A model generated the notes under the pieces. That model had not been told where the DNA came from. It worked only from the letters and a program-made list of their open reading frames with translations, and did no database searches. A program made the translations under genes and the position numbers. Below, in pieces: positions 29,444-39,158 of a stretch of 64,000 bases of DNA. This DNA comes from an uncultured virus (IMG/VR IMGVR_UViG_3300025168_000050) (Duplodnaviria; Heunggongvirae; Uroviricota; Caudoviricetes): the IMG/VR virus record IMGVR_UViG_3300025168_000050. One strand, 5' to 3'. The stretch's first letter is position 1. Each line of letters starts with the position of its first letter.

Positions 29444-31906
29444 TTAATTACTTTGAGGCTCTTCCGCCTCTTTCTTTTTTTGTTTTTTAAATTTTACAAC
29501 AGCTTTACTTTTAAATCTAAGATATTCTCTCATAGCTAAAAACACTTCTTTACTTGGAATAATTTTTTTAGATGTAGAATCATTTTGAGCAAACTCTAAA
29601 TGTTTTAATAATTCTAAATCTTTAGAATATAGTTCTAACTCGATAAGGTCTTGCACCATTGAATGGTCTGTACAATCACTATCTTGACAAAGTTTACTAA
29701 GTTCATATTCATCCGAATGATGTAAATAACGAAAATGTTGATAATTATCTTCATGATTTTCTTTTAACTTCTTCCATTTATAATATAAATCGGAATTAAG
29801 TTTTTCAAAGCACGAAAAGAAAAATAACTCATCTGTAGATTCTCTAGTAAGTCTGGCAGTGTGCCAGTTAATTAGAATTCTATGTTTCATTTTGAATAGG
29901 TCTTTAATATTTATAAGATTAGTTAGATTTTTATTAAGAGTAGCAGCTACTTTAAGTACTACAACAGGGAAGTCTTTTACCTCTAAAGAGCTTTGAGGAT
30001 AGCCAGATCCCTCTGGATATAAATTTGCCTGCGCACATATAGCAGCTACATTTTTCAGTAGATTTTCATCTTTTGAATTACCCCATATACATATACCTCC
30101 TTTATTAACATAATCTTCTAAATCAGAAATAAAATATTCACTATTACCAAATGCAATTTTATCACGTTGACCATATCTATCTTTAAAATAGACACGTCTC
30201 ATAAAAGCTTTACCTAATCTTTTACGTCGCTCTGCCTCTGTTTCATAATCACCTAAAGTTTCTTCATCAAAGTCTGTTGCCTCACTCATATCAATATCAT
30301 CATAAGAAATCATCTGTACATTACCAAACAATTTAGACATACCATCAAAGTCTTTACGTATTGTTTCATCATCACGTACTATCTGATTACTATAACTATC
30401 AAATAAATTAGAGTCTTTGTTTATATCTTTTTCTGTTAAAGCATAGTGTCTTCTGATTTGTATAAAACCACCTGGAAAATCATCTTTACTTGTTAGATAT
30501 AAATCTTTAGTCTTTAAAAACACTTTACGAGTCTCTTCAGATTCCGGATCCACCTGTTGTTGAAAAAGAATAGGAAGATTTATCCAATCATGTACGTCTG
30601 GGTGTCTTTTAGTAAGCTTATAACCACCTACATAATTAGAATTAGATTCTCTTGTTACTTTATTAACCGTAAAACCTGTTAACATAGCTCTTCTGTGACT
30701 ATCATCTAGAGGTGAGCCTGAAAGCTCAACACCATGTAACGAACAGTTTAGATTCTTATTACTTAATTTAGCCATATAAGATTTTACAGCAAATATTGAA
30801 TCATAACGTCTTCTATATGAATATCCCGCATTATTTTTTAAAGCAGTTGCCTGTTTTAACCAGGTAATGATATTATCAGAAGTTGCTAATTCATGATCAC
30901 AGTCAGATTTTAAATTTTTCTGTATTTTTAAAACCTTATCTTTTATAGCATTCTTAGTTTTATCTGTATATCTAACAGACTCTCTACTTGGAACTAAATC
31001 TAACTCGCCTACATTAAATTTAATAGCACAAGGTATCTGTTCTGAATTCCAGAGAACTTTTTCATCTATTTGAGATTGATTAAGAGGATAACGAACCCTT
31101 CCAACCATTAGATGCACATCGTTTAAATCACTATCATCTTGTTGTTTTAATTCGATAGCAATGTCATCATCTTCATAGTCCAGTTCTGCTAACTCTACTG
31201 TTCTACCAGTCCCTTCAGTTACATTTATAAACTCTAGGCCTGTAAAATACATTAATTGATTGTTAATTGCTTTTGTAAATCTCTTAATGTCTCTATAAGA
31301 CATAACATCATCTATTGGTATAATTACTTCAGTAGAATTCAATTCAGTTGTTTCTCCTTCTTTAAGAAGATCCATATGAAATGCATCATTACCTCTATAT
31401 AACATATAACTAAACATTTTACCGTTATGATTACTTATTATATAAAAAGTATCAGTGTACGAGAAAGGCGACTTAGCACCAATACCAAAACCACCAATTT
31501 GATTATTATCATCTCTTTTGGTAGAATTACCAAAGAGAGTATAAATCTCTTCTACTCGTTTTTTACTTAAGCCAACACCAAAGTCTCGGAATAAGAAGGC
31601 ATTACCTACACCTAATAATATATTCTCTTCTTGAAATTCTATTTGCGGTTTTTTAGAAGAAGGATAAAACCATTTAGGGTCATCCTCATCACCTAGCGGT
31701 ATGACTTTTTCTATCTTGAGATCTTTCTCTCGATGTGCGTCATAACAGTTAGATGTTACTTCTCTTACAATAGAACCAATAGGATCAGAATATAAGTTAA
31801 TCAATGAGTCTATTATTATACCCATCGAATCTTCACCAATTTTAAACTTATTGGTTTTAACTTCGCCGATTAATTCATCGACTACGTGTTCACGTTCTAA
31901 TTTCAT
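29444..31906 (-). CDS. rIIA: rIIA-like protein (N-terminal GHKL/HSP90-like ATPase)
   Basis: 'LYSDPIGSIVREVTSNCYDAH', 'DFGVGLS', 'GGFGIGAKSPFSY', 'GELDLVPSRE'. Paired with rIIB. Confidence 0.85.
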   Translation of the reverse strand: MKLEREHVVDELIGEVKTNKFKIGEDSMGIIIDSLINLYSDPIGSIVREVTSNCYDAHREKDLKIEKVIPLGDEDDPKWFYPSSKKPQIEFQEENILLGVGNAFLFRDFGVGLSKKRVEEIYTLFGNSTKRDDNNQIGGFGIGAKSPFSYTDTFYIISNHNGKMFSYMLYRGNDAFHMDLLKEGETTELNSTEVIIPIDDVMSYRDIKRFTKAINNQLMYFTGLEFINVTEGTGRTVELAELDYEDDDIAIELKQQDDSDLNDVHLMVGRVRYPLNQSQIDEKVLWNSEQIPCAIKFNVGELDLVPSRESVRYTDKTKNAIKDKVLKIQKNLKSDCDHELATSDNIITWLKQATALKNNAGYSYRRRYDSIFAVKSYMAKLSNKNLNCSLHGVELSGSPLDDSHRRAMLTGFTVNKVTRESNSNYVGGYKLTKRHPDVHDWINLPILFQQQVDPESEETRKVFLKTKDLYLTSKDDFPGGFIQIRRHYALTEKDINKDSNLFDSYSNQIVRDDETIRKDFDGMSKLFGNVQMISYDDIDMSEATDFDEETLGDYETEAERRKRLGKAFMRRVYFKDRYGQRDKIAFGNSEYFISDLEDYVNKGGICIWGNSKDENLLKNVAAICAQANLYPEGSGYPQSSLEVKDFPVVVLKVAATLNKNLTNLINIKDLFKMKHRILINWHTARLTRESTDELFFFSCFEKLNSDLYYKWKKLKENHEDNYQHFRYLHHSDEYELSKLCQDSDCTDHSMVQDLIELELYSKDLELLKHLEFAQNDSTSKKIIPSKEVFLAMREYLRFKSKAVVKFKKQKKKEAEEPQSN

Positions 31907-32916
31907 ATTAATTTATTTATTTTATTTTTACTTTGTTCAGCAGTATGATCTTTTCTAAAATCAGAAATATCTTTGAAACCATTTTTTCTAGTACTAAACC
32001 TCTGTAAGAAAATAGGAGTAAATCCATATTTCTTTCTTAAATTATTAGCACCCTTAACACCAGTTAAATCAAAATCGTTTAAGATATATACCTTATTAAA
32101 TCTTTCATATAACTCACGGGCTACAGTATCTTTAATACTAGTAATCTCATTCTGCAACGCAGCACTAATGAATCCAAGAGTTCTAAGAACCATTACATCT
32201 TTTAGTGACTTTGTTATAATTATAAACTCTCCTCTCTCAGGTAGTTGATCCCACCCTTGAAAAATAGTTCTGTTAGTATTACTCATCCATTTATGACCCG
32301 TAAGGGATAATGGACGGTAAATCTTCCATGTATATATACTATCTTTATAAAACAAATAACCATATATTGGATCATTGTTCTTATAATAGCCTACTACATT
32401 TTCTCCTATAAATACACATTTACAAGAAAATACATTATATAATGTAAGCATAGCTTCATTTATACCGTATTGACTCCAGTAATGTTTATCTATAAAATTT
32501 AAAGACTGAGTTTTTACACCTATAGTCTTTTTAGCATCAAACTTCAATTCTTTGATAGCCGTAACAAAACCATCGTACGGCTTTACTACAACATTTTTCT
32601 TATTATACATTAAGTCTAATTTGAAATCTTCATTTATTCTAATTAAAGCAGAATAAAAATCACATCCAAATAGGGTTTGAATAAATGTAAATGCATCACC
32701 AGTATCTCCGTTACCGAAATCTTTAAATCTCAGAGTACCTTTACGATCAGTAAAGATGGAAAAACTTGGTTTATCATCTTGTCGGAGCGGACTATTCATT
32801 ACAACTCCAGACTTAAAATCACATCCTAAATAATAGCTAAATAATTGATATTGGCTAATCTTATCTAAAATATGATCCTTAGTTAAAGAAAGTGTTATCT
32901 TGTATGGGGATTCCAT
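31903..32916 (-). CDS. DNA primase (crAss-type DnaG/TOPRIM)
   Basis: 'SPLRQDDKPSF..FKDFG' (degenerate Zn-finger region), TOPRIM 'ITKSLKDVM' and 'NDFDLTG', and 'KDISD'. Confidence 0.85.
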   Translation of the reverse strand: MESPYKITLSLTKDHILDKISQYQLFSYYLGCDFKSGVVMNSPLRQDDKPSFSIFTDRKGTLRFKDFGNGDTGDAFTFIQTLFGCDFYSALIRINEDFKLDLMYNKKNVVVKPYDGFVTAIKELKFDAKKTIGVKTQSLNFIDKHYWSQYGINEAMLTLYNVFSCKCVFIGENVVGYYKNNDPIYGYLFYKDSIYTWKIYRPLSLTGHKWMSNTNRTIFQGWDQLPERGEFIIITKSLKDVMVLRTLGFISAALQNEITSIKDTVARELYERFNKVYILNDFDLTGVKGANNLRKKYGFTPIFLQRFSTRKNGFKDISDFRKDHTAEQSKNKINKLI

Positions 32917-32924
32917 TGTAAATA

Positions 32925-32954
32925 GATAAGGGGAGCATTACACTCCCCTATATC
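32925..32954 (-). terminator. Hairpin between SSB and primase
   Basis: AGGGGAG(32929-32935)/CTCCCCT(32943-32949) inverted repeat with a GATA/TATC extension. Confidence 0.5.
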
Positions 32955-32969
32955 TAAAGTTTAACTTAC

Positions 32970-33548
32970 CTAGAAAGGTAAATCAGAACTAGCAGGCTCC
33001 GTTACAGCACCATTAGATGGCGCAGTAGATGTTAAAGAAGAAGGGTTTTCAGCTTCGTCTTTCTCCATTTTATCAAAGTTTGTGATATTAAGTTTTGTTT
33101 TATCAACACTCATATCTTCTAAGAATGGAACATATTTAGGAATAGAAACATAATTGTTGTAACTGTAAACAGTCTTAACTCTTAATTTCTTACCTACATA
33201 TGTATTTCCTAATAATGCAATTACTTGCTGGCAAAAGCCTTCAAAGTCTTGTGCATTTACAACAGCTTTGTCTTCTGTTAAGAATTTAGTCATAATATGC
33301 TTAACTCTTTTCATTTGAGACTGTGCTTTCTTTTCCCATCCTTCATTGTTTACATCAATAGGCCATTCTAGATGACTTAATGCAGACCCATCAGGCGCAG
33401 TAAAAGAAAATTTTAAGAAACTGTTTCCGTTAGAAGCTGTTTCCATACTCACATTTGTCATTTCTGCATTTTCACTAATTCCTAATGGAAATACTTTGGT
33501 TGACGAACCTTCTGATTTAACCTTCTGGTTAATTTGATACATACTCAT
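32970..33548 (-). CDS. Putative single-stranded DNA-binding protein
   Basis: 192 aa, beta-rich N-terminal part and a flexible tail ending 'SDLPF'. Located between the AAA ATPase and primase. Confidence 0.65.
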   Translation of the reverse strand: MSMYQINQKVKSEGSSTKVFPLGISENAEMTNVSMETASNGNSFLKFSFTAPDGSALSHLEWPIDVNNEGWEKKAQSQMKRVKHIMTKFLTEDKAVVNAQDFEGFCQQVIALLGNTYVGKKLRVKTVYSYNNYVSIPKYVPFLEDMSVDKTKLNITNFDKMEKDEAENPSSLTSTAPSNGAVTEPASSDLPF

Positions 33549-33579
33549 AATTTTAAATTAATTTAATTAAACTTCACTT

Positions 33580-34251
33580 TTATTCATTATAATACTTGTG
33601 CATGGTGTCTTTCACCATTTTTAAATCATTAGGTATTTGGTAATCTTCAAACATCCCAGCAGGTGACTTTGCAGTCGATACACCATCTGTTTGTGTTTGG
33701 AAGAAATATTCATTTTTACCTTTACCATCCGATTCAATGTGGGTAAACAAAACCACACTCGACATAGATTCTAATACAATCTTGTCTAACTGTTTTCCAG
33801 CTGTCATCACTTTACGATATTGAGCACCCATATCAGTATATCCCTCATCGGAATGTGATAATACAAATACATCAACATCATCAGGTACAACTTGGTTTAT
33901 GACCGTGAAAATGTCATATATACCGCCTGATAAACTAGCCCATTTCTCAAAACCTTTGATGTGACGTTCTCCCATTACTTTATCGGTCATAACGCGATTA
34001 ATAGTGTCGATCACAATAGTTTTAATGTGCTTTGCCTTTTCTGGTATAACTTTTAACGTATTTACAATATCTACAAGGCTAGAAGCAGTCGCATAGTTTT
34101 TATTTTCTTTACTATAGTTCTTTTTCCATCCTTTAATAGGTAGTGGTTTTTGATCACAGTTTAACCATAAGGTTGATTTTGGGTCGAGATTGCTCCCGCT
34201 TGTAGACTTGCCTGATCCAGACTTTCCACAAATGATTACTAAATTTGCCAT
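33580..34251 (-). CDS. AAA-family ATPase (Sak4/AAA_24-like)
   Basis: Walker A 'GKSGSGKST', Walker B 'IVIDT', and 'TAKSPAGMF'. Confidence 0.8.
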   Translation of the reverse strand: MANLVIICGKSGSGKSTSGSNLDPKSTLWLNCDQKPLPIKGWKKNYSKENKNYATASSLVDIVNTLKVIPEKAKHIKTIVIDTINRVMTDKVMGERHIKGFEKWASLSGGIYDIFTVINQVVPDDVDVFVLSHSDEGYTDMGAQYRKVMTAGKQLDKIVLESMSSVVLFTHIESDGKGKNEYFFQTQTDGVSTAKSPAGMFEDYQIPNDLKMVKDTMHKYYNE

Positions 34252-34252
34252 A

Positions 34253-34552
34253 TTAAAAGGGTAATTTTTTTTGGTTATTAAATTTTTCTAATTCAAACTC
34301 TAGATGAGCTATAGCCTTGGTTACACAATCTACAGGAGTATCGTGCTTATGATACGCCCTAATTATATATGTAACAGCGGTCGCGAGATGGTACGGAAGA
34401 TCAAAGTTGTCACATACTTTACGAGCTTCATATCCATTTTTACCTTTATAATACTCAGGTACTCTCTTGTCTGTCTCTAGGTTATCCAGAGTTGATGTTG
34501 TGTTTGCTTTTTCAAGCATTTTTTCTACGTTATATTTACTTTGTGGTCCCAT
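34253..34552 (-). CDS. DUF3310-like protein
   Basis: 'PEYYKGKNGYEA...LATAVTYIIRAYHKH...KAIAHL' follows the DUF3310 pattern. Confidence 0.6.
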   Translation of the reverse strand: MGPQSKYNVEKMLEKANTTSTLDNLETDKRVPEYYKGKNGYEARKVCDNFDLPYHLATAVTYIIRAYHKHDTPVDCVTKAIAHLEFELEKFNNQKKLPF

Positions 34553-35519
34553 CTTCTATTTTTAATTGGTAATTAACTTCTTTTGGGAAATCAATTACAC
34601 GGTTATACTTAAGTTCATTTTTCATTTTAGCAATACAAGGCTGACCTTCTCTTACTTTAATAAAATGCCAAAACAAAGCACCAGCTGTAGGCCAGGCTTT
34701 AGCTCCATAAGTATCCATACCTAATTGCTCAGGGTTCATAGATACCATTACCAAATCAGAAAACATAAATACAGAATCACCACCAAACAAATCTTTCTTT
34801 TTAGGAAACTGTTGAGATGGTTCTGTTACTCTGTCTGCTGACTCGATTTCTCTGTTTAATTGGCTCAAGAATACAAATGATATTTTATGTTGTTTCTTTA
34901 ATGCATTAGCCATAATCATAAGCTCAACAAGAACTAAACGTTCCATCTCACCTTGCTTACCACGGACTAATATAGTATGATCTAACATAATCATTATACC
35001 TCTATCTTTATTAAAGTCTTCAGCTATAAATTTCTCAATAGTATTTTTAATCATTTCCACAGTACCAGGCATTTCTACATAGTAAATAGGTAATTTATTA
35101 AACTCTTTTTGAGCGGCTAAAACTTTATAGAATTCAGAATCATAAAGACTAAATCCATCAATACCACTATGTAACTGTCTAGTAGTCATGCTTAACTCAT
35201 TTGATAACTTTCTACTAACTAATTGACGCGCTAACATCTCGAAGTTAAATGAAAGTACAGCAAAGTTTTCATCAGGATTTAGTTTAAACAGCTCTGTTTC
35301 TAGTTGATTGATAATAGCAGTTTTACCACTACCAGACATACCCGCTATAGTATGTATAGTGTTCCACTCTATACCATCCATACTCACATGGTTATATTTA
35401 GACCATGGAGTTCTCAAAGACTTAATAAGTCCCTGTCTACGCTGATCAATATACTGCACAGCGTCATGCGTCGCTTTTGCTATACTTTTATAGTATAGGC
35501 TTACTTTTTTATTATCCAT
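34536..35519 (-). CDS. dnaB: DnaB-like replicative helicase
   Basis: 'AGMSGSGKT', 'FNFEM', 'IMLDH', 'LSQLNR', and 'KVREG' arginine finger. Confidence 0.9.
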   Translation of the reverse strand: MDNKKVSLYYKSIAKATHDAVQYIDQRRQGLIKSLRTPWSKYNHVSMDGIEWNTIHTIAGMSGSGKTAIINQLETELFKLNPDENFAVLSFNFEMLARQLVSRKLSNELSMTTRQLHSGIDGFSLYDSEFYKVLAAQKEFNKLPIYYVEMPGTVEMIKNTIEKFIAEDFNKDRGIMIMLDHTILVRGKQGEMERLVLVELMIMANALKKQHKISFVFLSQLNREIESADRVTEPSQQFPKKKDLFGGDSVFMFSDLVMVSMNPEQLGMDTYGAKAWPTAGALFWHFIKVREGQPCIAKMKNELKYNRVIDFPKEVNYQLKIEDGTTK

Positions 35520-35522
35520 AAT

Positions 35523-36110
35523 TTAAATTAAATCTTGTCCGTATTTTGCATCTGCTTGTTGTATAGTTGTATTTGTATCTAACAAGCCTTCATATGCATC
35601 CCAGGCATTCTTATTTATATAAGTTTCTAGCGCATGCATATACTGCATATTACCACCTCGTTTTCTTATCTGTAATTCTTTACTTAAGCAATCTAAAACA
35701 TGTTTATGTTTAATAAGATTACCTTTAATAAATCTATCATACTTTTCTTTACATACAATAGCTGATTTAGCAGATAAACTAGAAGGTCGTAATATTCTTA
35801 ACGAACTACCATTAGATACTTTTAATGGATAGTGGTTAAATAGCTCTGTAAAGTAAGACTCCTCTATACCTATGAGTTCTCTTACTTTATCTCGTGCTAT
35901 TGTTATACAAGTTAAAGGATTCTTAGGGTCACAGGATAATATATATCCTTGTGCTACTAAGCCTTGTATCTCCTTTTGTGCAAATCCATATAGATTTACA
36001 TAATTTACAAATAGTTCCGTGTTGTCTTCAAATAATAAAACTAACATAACATACTGAGATGCTGTTAATTTATTTTTTATGAGTCCAGGAACATTGATTT
36101 CTATATTCAT
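35523..36110 (-). CDS. Hypothetical replication protein (possible initiator/helicase loader)
   Basis: 195 aa with a wHTH-like N-terminus and 'FTELFNHYP...ETYINKNAW' C-terminus. Directly upstream of DnaB. Confidence 0.5.
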   Translation of the reverse strand: MNIEINVPGLIKNKLTASQYVMLVLLFEDNTELFVNYVNLYGFAQKEIQGLVAQGYILSCDPKNPLTCITIARDKVRELIGIEESYFTELFNHYPLKVSNGSSLRILRPSSLSAKSAIVCKEKYDRFIKGNLIKHKHVLDCLSKELQIRKRGGNMQYMHALETYINKNAWDAYEGLLDTNTTIQQADAKYGQDLI

Positions 36111-36130
36111 AGGCAGGCTTTAAAAGTTAA

Positions 36131-36138
36131 CAAATATA
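36131..36138 (-). promoter_or_regulatory. TAnnTTTG -7 promoter element for replication operon
   Basis: TATATTTG on the minus strand, 20 nt upstream of ATG 36110. Confidence 0.6.
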
Positions 36139-36144
36139 AGAAAA

Positions 36145-36306
36145 TTATAGTTTATATACTACTTTTTTCTCGGGTTTTTTCTTCTTTGTATACGTTGTAA
36201 TAGTGTGTTTTCCAATGACTTGAGTCGTTTTGTACACCACTTTTTGTTCAGCACTTGAGCCGTATACTCTCAAAGCTTTTTCGTATGAATCTTCTTTATA
36301 TTCCAT
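36145..36306 (-). CDS. Small basic hypothetical protein (53 aa; not in ORF track)
   Basis: MEYKEDSYEKALRVYGSSAEQKVVYKTTQVIGKHTITTYTKKKKPEKKVVYKL. Starts 2 nt after the stop of the upstream gene and fills the gap. Confidence 0.55.
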   Translation of the reverse strand: MEYKEDSYEKALRVYGSSAEQKVVYKTTQVIGKHTITTYTKKKKPEKKVVYKL

Positions 36307-36308
36307 AA

Positions 36309-37166
36309 TTAAAATATGTATCTAATTGTATTCCACGGTATTATACTGTCGTGAAGTTCTACAAATTGGTTAATATAATTTCTCTTAAGTCCTAATTTAT
36401 ATCTATAGTTTGTACCACCATACTGTGAAGTTTTAGCTTCTTGTAATTTAGGTACCCATAGATGTTTCTCAGTCTCAGGATGATTCTCCATATTCTTCAT
36501 ATGCTTAGATTCATTATGAGTTAGAAAAATAACTTCCGCAAGGACGCAATCTTTATGTTCTACATAATCATTAAGCATATTGAATAAATCTGTATAATCT
36601 TGTTTCCAGTTTTTATATAATATAACTGGACTAAAGTTTACATGTACATCGTACCCCGCATCTATAAATGTATTAATAGCTTTTATTCTATCAATTATTT
36701 TAGTAGTATGAGGTTCGTGTAAGTCAGACATATGCTGTGGCATTAAACTAAATCTAATCCGTATTTTGTTTAGAGGATTAAACTCTAACAACATAGGGTT
36801 TACATATTTAGTAGCAAAACTACCCATAGCCACAGGATGATCTCTGAAGAACTCAAATATTCTTTTCCAGTTATGATGTTTAGCATGAAGAGCAAAGTCT
36901 TCGTTACAACTAATATCATAACTAGTCAGAGTAGGATGAGTTTGATTAGGTTTCTCTACCGGTGTAAAGAAAGCGTGATTATTAACAGCAGTCAATATAT
37001 CATGCTCATTTACAGCAATAGATAATCCTTCAGGTTGATGACGTTTCATATAACAATAAGAACAGTTATATAAACAACCATAACCAAACGAAGGGCTAAT
37101 AAAATCTGTTGATCTTCCCGAAGGTCTTATTATCATAGACTTTCGCTTAACTTTTGTTAGTTTCAT
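36309..37166 (-). CDS. Spore photoproduct lyase-like radical SAM protein
   Basis: 'GCLYNCSYCYM' CxxxCxxC motif, 'ISCNED' (matches the SplB 'ASCTSD' H-donor Cys), 'FATKYVN', 'RIRFSLMP', 'VHVNFSPVI', 'EVIFLTH'. Confidence 0.85.
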   Translation of the reverse strand: MKLTKVKRKSMIIRPSGRSTDFISPSFGYGCLYNCSYCYMKRHQPEGLSIAVNEHDILTAVNNHAFFTPVEKPNQTHPTLTSYDISCNEDFALHAKHHNWKRIFEFFRDHPVAMGSFATKYVNPMLLEFNPLNKIRIRFSLMPQHMSDLHEPHTTKIIDRIKAINTFIDAGYDVHVNFSPVILYKNWKQDYTDLFNMLNDYVEHKDCVLAEVIFLTHNESKHMKNMENHPETEKHLWVPKLQEAKTSQYGGTNYRYKLGLKRNYINQFVELHDSIIPWNTIRYIF

Positions 37167-37618
37167 AGTGGGAATATTCCTATATCCATCATTTCATCAT
37201 AATCATAGTTCGTACTTAAAGCAGTATCAATATTTATTAGCTTTTTACTCCAGCCATAAACATTACCATTATATACTAAACAATGATCAGGTAAAACAGT
37301 TCTATTATTAACAAAATCAACACCTTTATCTGTTAGAGTCCAAGTACCTATTTCATCACCGTCTTCAATTAACGACCATTTTTCTGCATATGCATAATCC
37401 ATGGTTGTTGCTCTTAGTTTAAGTTTAGCAAATTCATTTTGTACATGTATATATTTCTTGTTAACTGCTCCAAGTTTATACATAATAATTAATGCTCGAG
37501 CTATACCTGAATTTAATTTACGTTTATATGCTTTTACATATTTATCACAACAAGGACATGTAGCCCCGGTTTTAAAATTATCTCTTAGATATTGTTTTGC
37601 TTCGGCTATTGTTTTCAT
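37163..37618 (-). CDS. Hypothetical protein (CPCC Zn-knuckle plus wHTH-like)
   Basis: 'TCPCCDK..K.YKRKL' and 'WTLTDKG'. Overlaps both neighbours by 4 nt. Confidence 0.55.
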   Translation of the reverse strand: MKTIAEAKQYLRDNFKTGATCPCCDKYVKAYKRKLNSGIARALIIMYKLGAVNKKYIHVQNEFAKLKLRATTMDYAYAEKWSLIEDGDEIGTWTLTDKGVDFVNNRTVLPDHCLVYNGNVYGWSKKLINIDTALSTNYDYDEMMDIGIFPL

Positions 37619-37854
37619 GATTCATCCCTATCTGCATCCATTTGAGCTTCTTGAGCATCTTCTAGACGTTGTTGTTTATATTCATGAGTTTCTTCAGGGT
37701 ATTCAAATAGATCTTCACATTTACTACATTTATACATAGCGTCTTCTTTTCTAAACTCTAGTTCTGTGTATTCATCCCCACAGCAGGGGCTTACTAAGTT
37801 GGGGTCATCATCCGGGGATGCTAACTTCCACTTATCATATTTATCTAATGACAT
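37615..37854 (-). CDS. Small Zn-ribbon protein
   Basis: 'SPCCG...CSKCED', 79 aa. Confidence 0.55.
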   Translation of the reverse strand: MSLDKYDKWKLASPDDDPNLVSPCCGDEYTELEFRKEDAMYKCSKCEDLFEYPEETHEYKQQRLEDAQEAQMDADRDES

Positions 37855-37939
37855 AATATTGATTTTAAAGATTAATAAATTAAAAATAATGAGGACTGGA
37901 GCAATTCAGCGCTGCAATGTTATCTGAAATTTAATACGT

Positions 37940-39148
37940 TCAGCTTTGCTCCAGTCTCATTAACTCAACACTATGACCATCCTGGGCAGAATTTACCCAC
38001 TTTTCCTCTTGACTTCCTTCAATGTATAGATGAAAAATAAGCGCCTGCTTACCTTCTTCCCATCTTACGGTTCTACCGATACGTTGAATTAAATCTTTGA
38101 CTTTACTGGTTCCACTGGCTATAATAGCCATTGAAATATCCGGGACATTCATGCCCTCGTTCAAAGCTTTCGCAGTAGAGATCCGTGTTACTTTAGTTCT
38201 GTTATCTATAAGCTTGTCTAAGTTAGCAGTTCTTGCTTTCTTACCAATCTTACTATGAAAACTCACACAAGTATCACCTAACTCTTCTGTAACTTTGTCA
38301 GCAAAATCTATTGTTTGAGAAAAAATGATTGTTTTCCGTTCAGGATACATATCACATAGTTGTTGAACTGCAGTAACTTTAGCGGAAGCATTATATAATA
38401 ACTTCTTGCGTTTAGCCATTGCAGCATTACATTGATAAGGGAATGTTTTATTCTCATCATCAATGCTCATACCTTTCTGTTGTAGGAACTTATTGTATAT
38501 AGCTGGTTTCATACATGCATACATGAGTTTCAGATCTTTATCAAACAAAGTAAACAACCTATTGAAGTTGTTATTTGCATGAGTATATGATCTTTTCTCT
38601 ATTCCTGATAATTTTAGTGGTATATTGTAAATCTTATATTCACTGATTAATCCTAATTTACTAGCTTCTGCAGTACTTACTTTTGCACAAATAGGTGCTA
38701 CAGCAGTCAGTAATCTAAGTTTAATTGGGTCTATATAAGCACTTAGTCCTAATATTCTTGGACTATGGTTATTTGCAAAGAAGTTAAAATATTCAGGAGA
38801 TATATAATTATGTATCTCATCAGCTATTACTAAATCATAATGTTCACCTACATATTTATAGGCTGTCTGTATACACACAGTCTTTACACATGATTCAAAT
38901 AATAATTGTTCATCCCATTTTTTAAATTCTTCTTTCCACGACCTGTCTCTAATAGTTTGTGTAGGAGTTAATACTAAGATTTTACAATCCATACCCACTC
39001 TTTTAGCTATTAAAGCTGCCGCTAGTACACCACATCTGGTTTTACCCACACCTGTAGCATACTGGAGAGTCCCTCTTCCTTTGAAGCGAGACCACCATTT
39101 GTTTAGACCGTCACGTTGGACTTGATCTTTAACATCGTTAGCTTTCAT
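37940..39148 (-). CDS. Superfamily 2 DNA helicase (DExH)
   Basis: 'ATGVGKT', 'DEIH', 'GLSA', 'LNEGMNVP', 'QRIGRTVR'. Confidence 0.9.
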   Translation of the reverse strand: MKANDVKDQVQRDGLNKWWSRFKGRGTLQYATGVGKTRCGVLAAALIAKRVGMDCKILVLTPTQTIRDRSWKEEFKKWDEQLLFESCVKTVCIQTAYKYVGEHYDLVIADEIHNYISPEYFNFFANNHSPRILGLSAYIDPIKLRLLTAVAPICAKVSTAEASKLGLISEYKIYNIPLKLSGIEKRSYTHANNNFNRLFTLFDKDLKLMYACMKPAIYNKFLQQKGMSIDDENKTFPYQCNAAMAKRKKLLYNASAKVTAVQQLCDMYPERKTIIFSQTIDFADKVTEELGDTCVSFHSKIGKKARTANLDKLIDNRTKVTRISTAKALNEGMNVPDISMAIIASGTSKVKDLIQRIGRTVRWEEGKQALIFHLYIEGSQEEKWVNSAQDGHSVELMRLEQS

Positions 39149-39158
39149 AGTTAATAGT

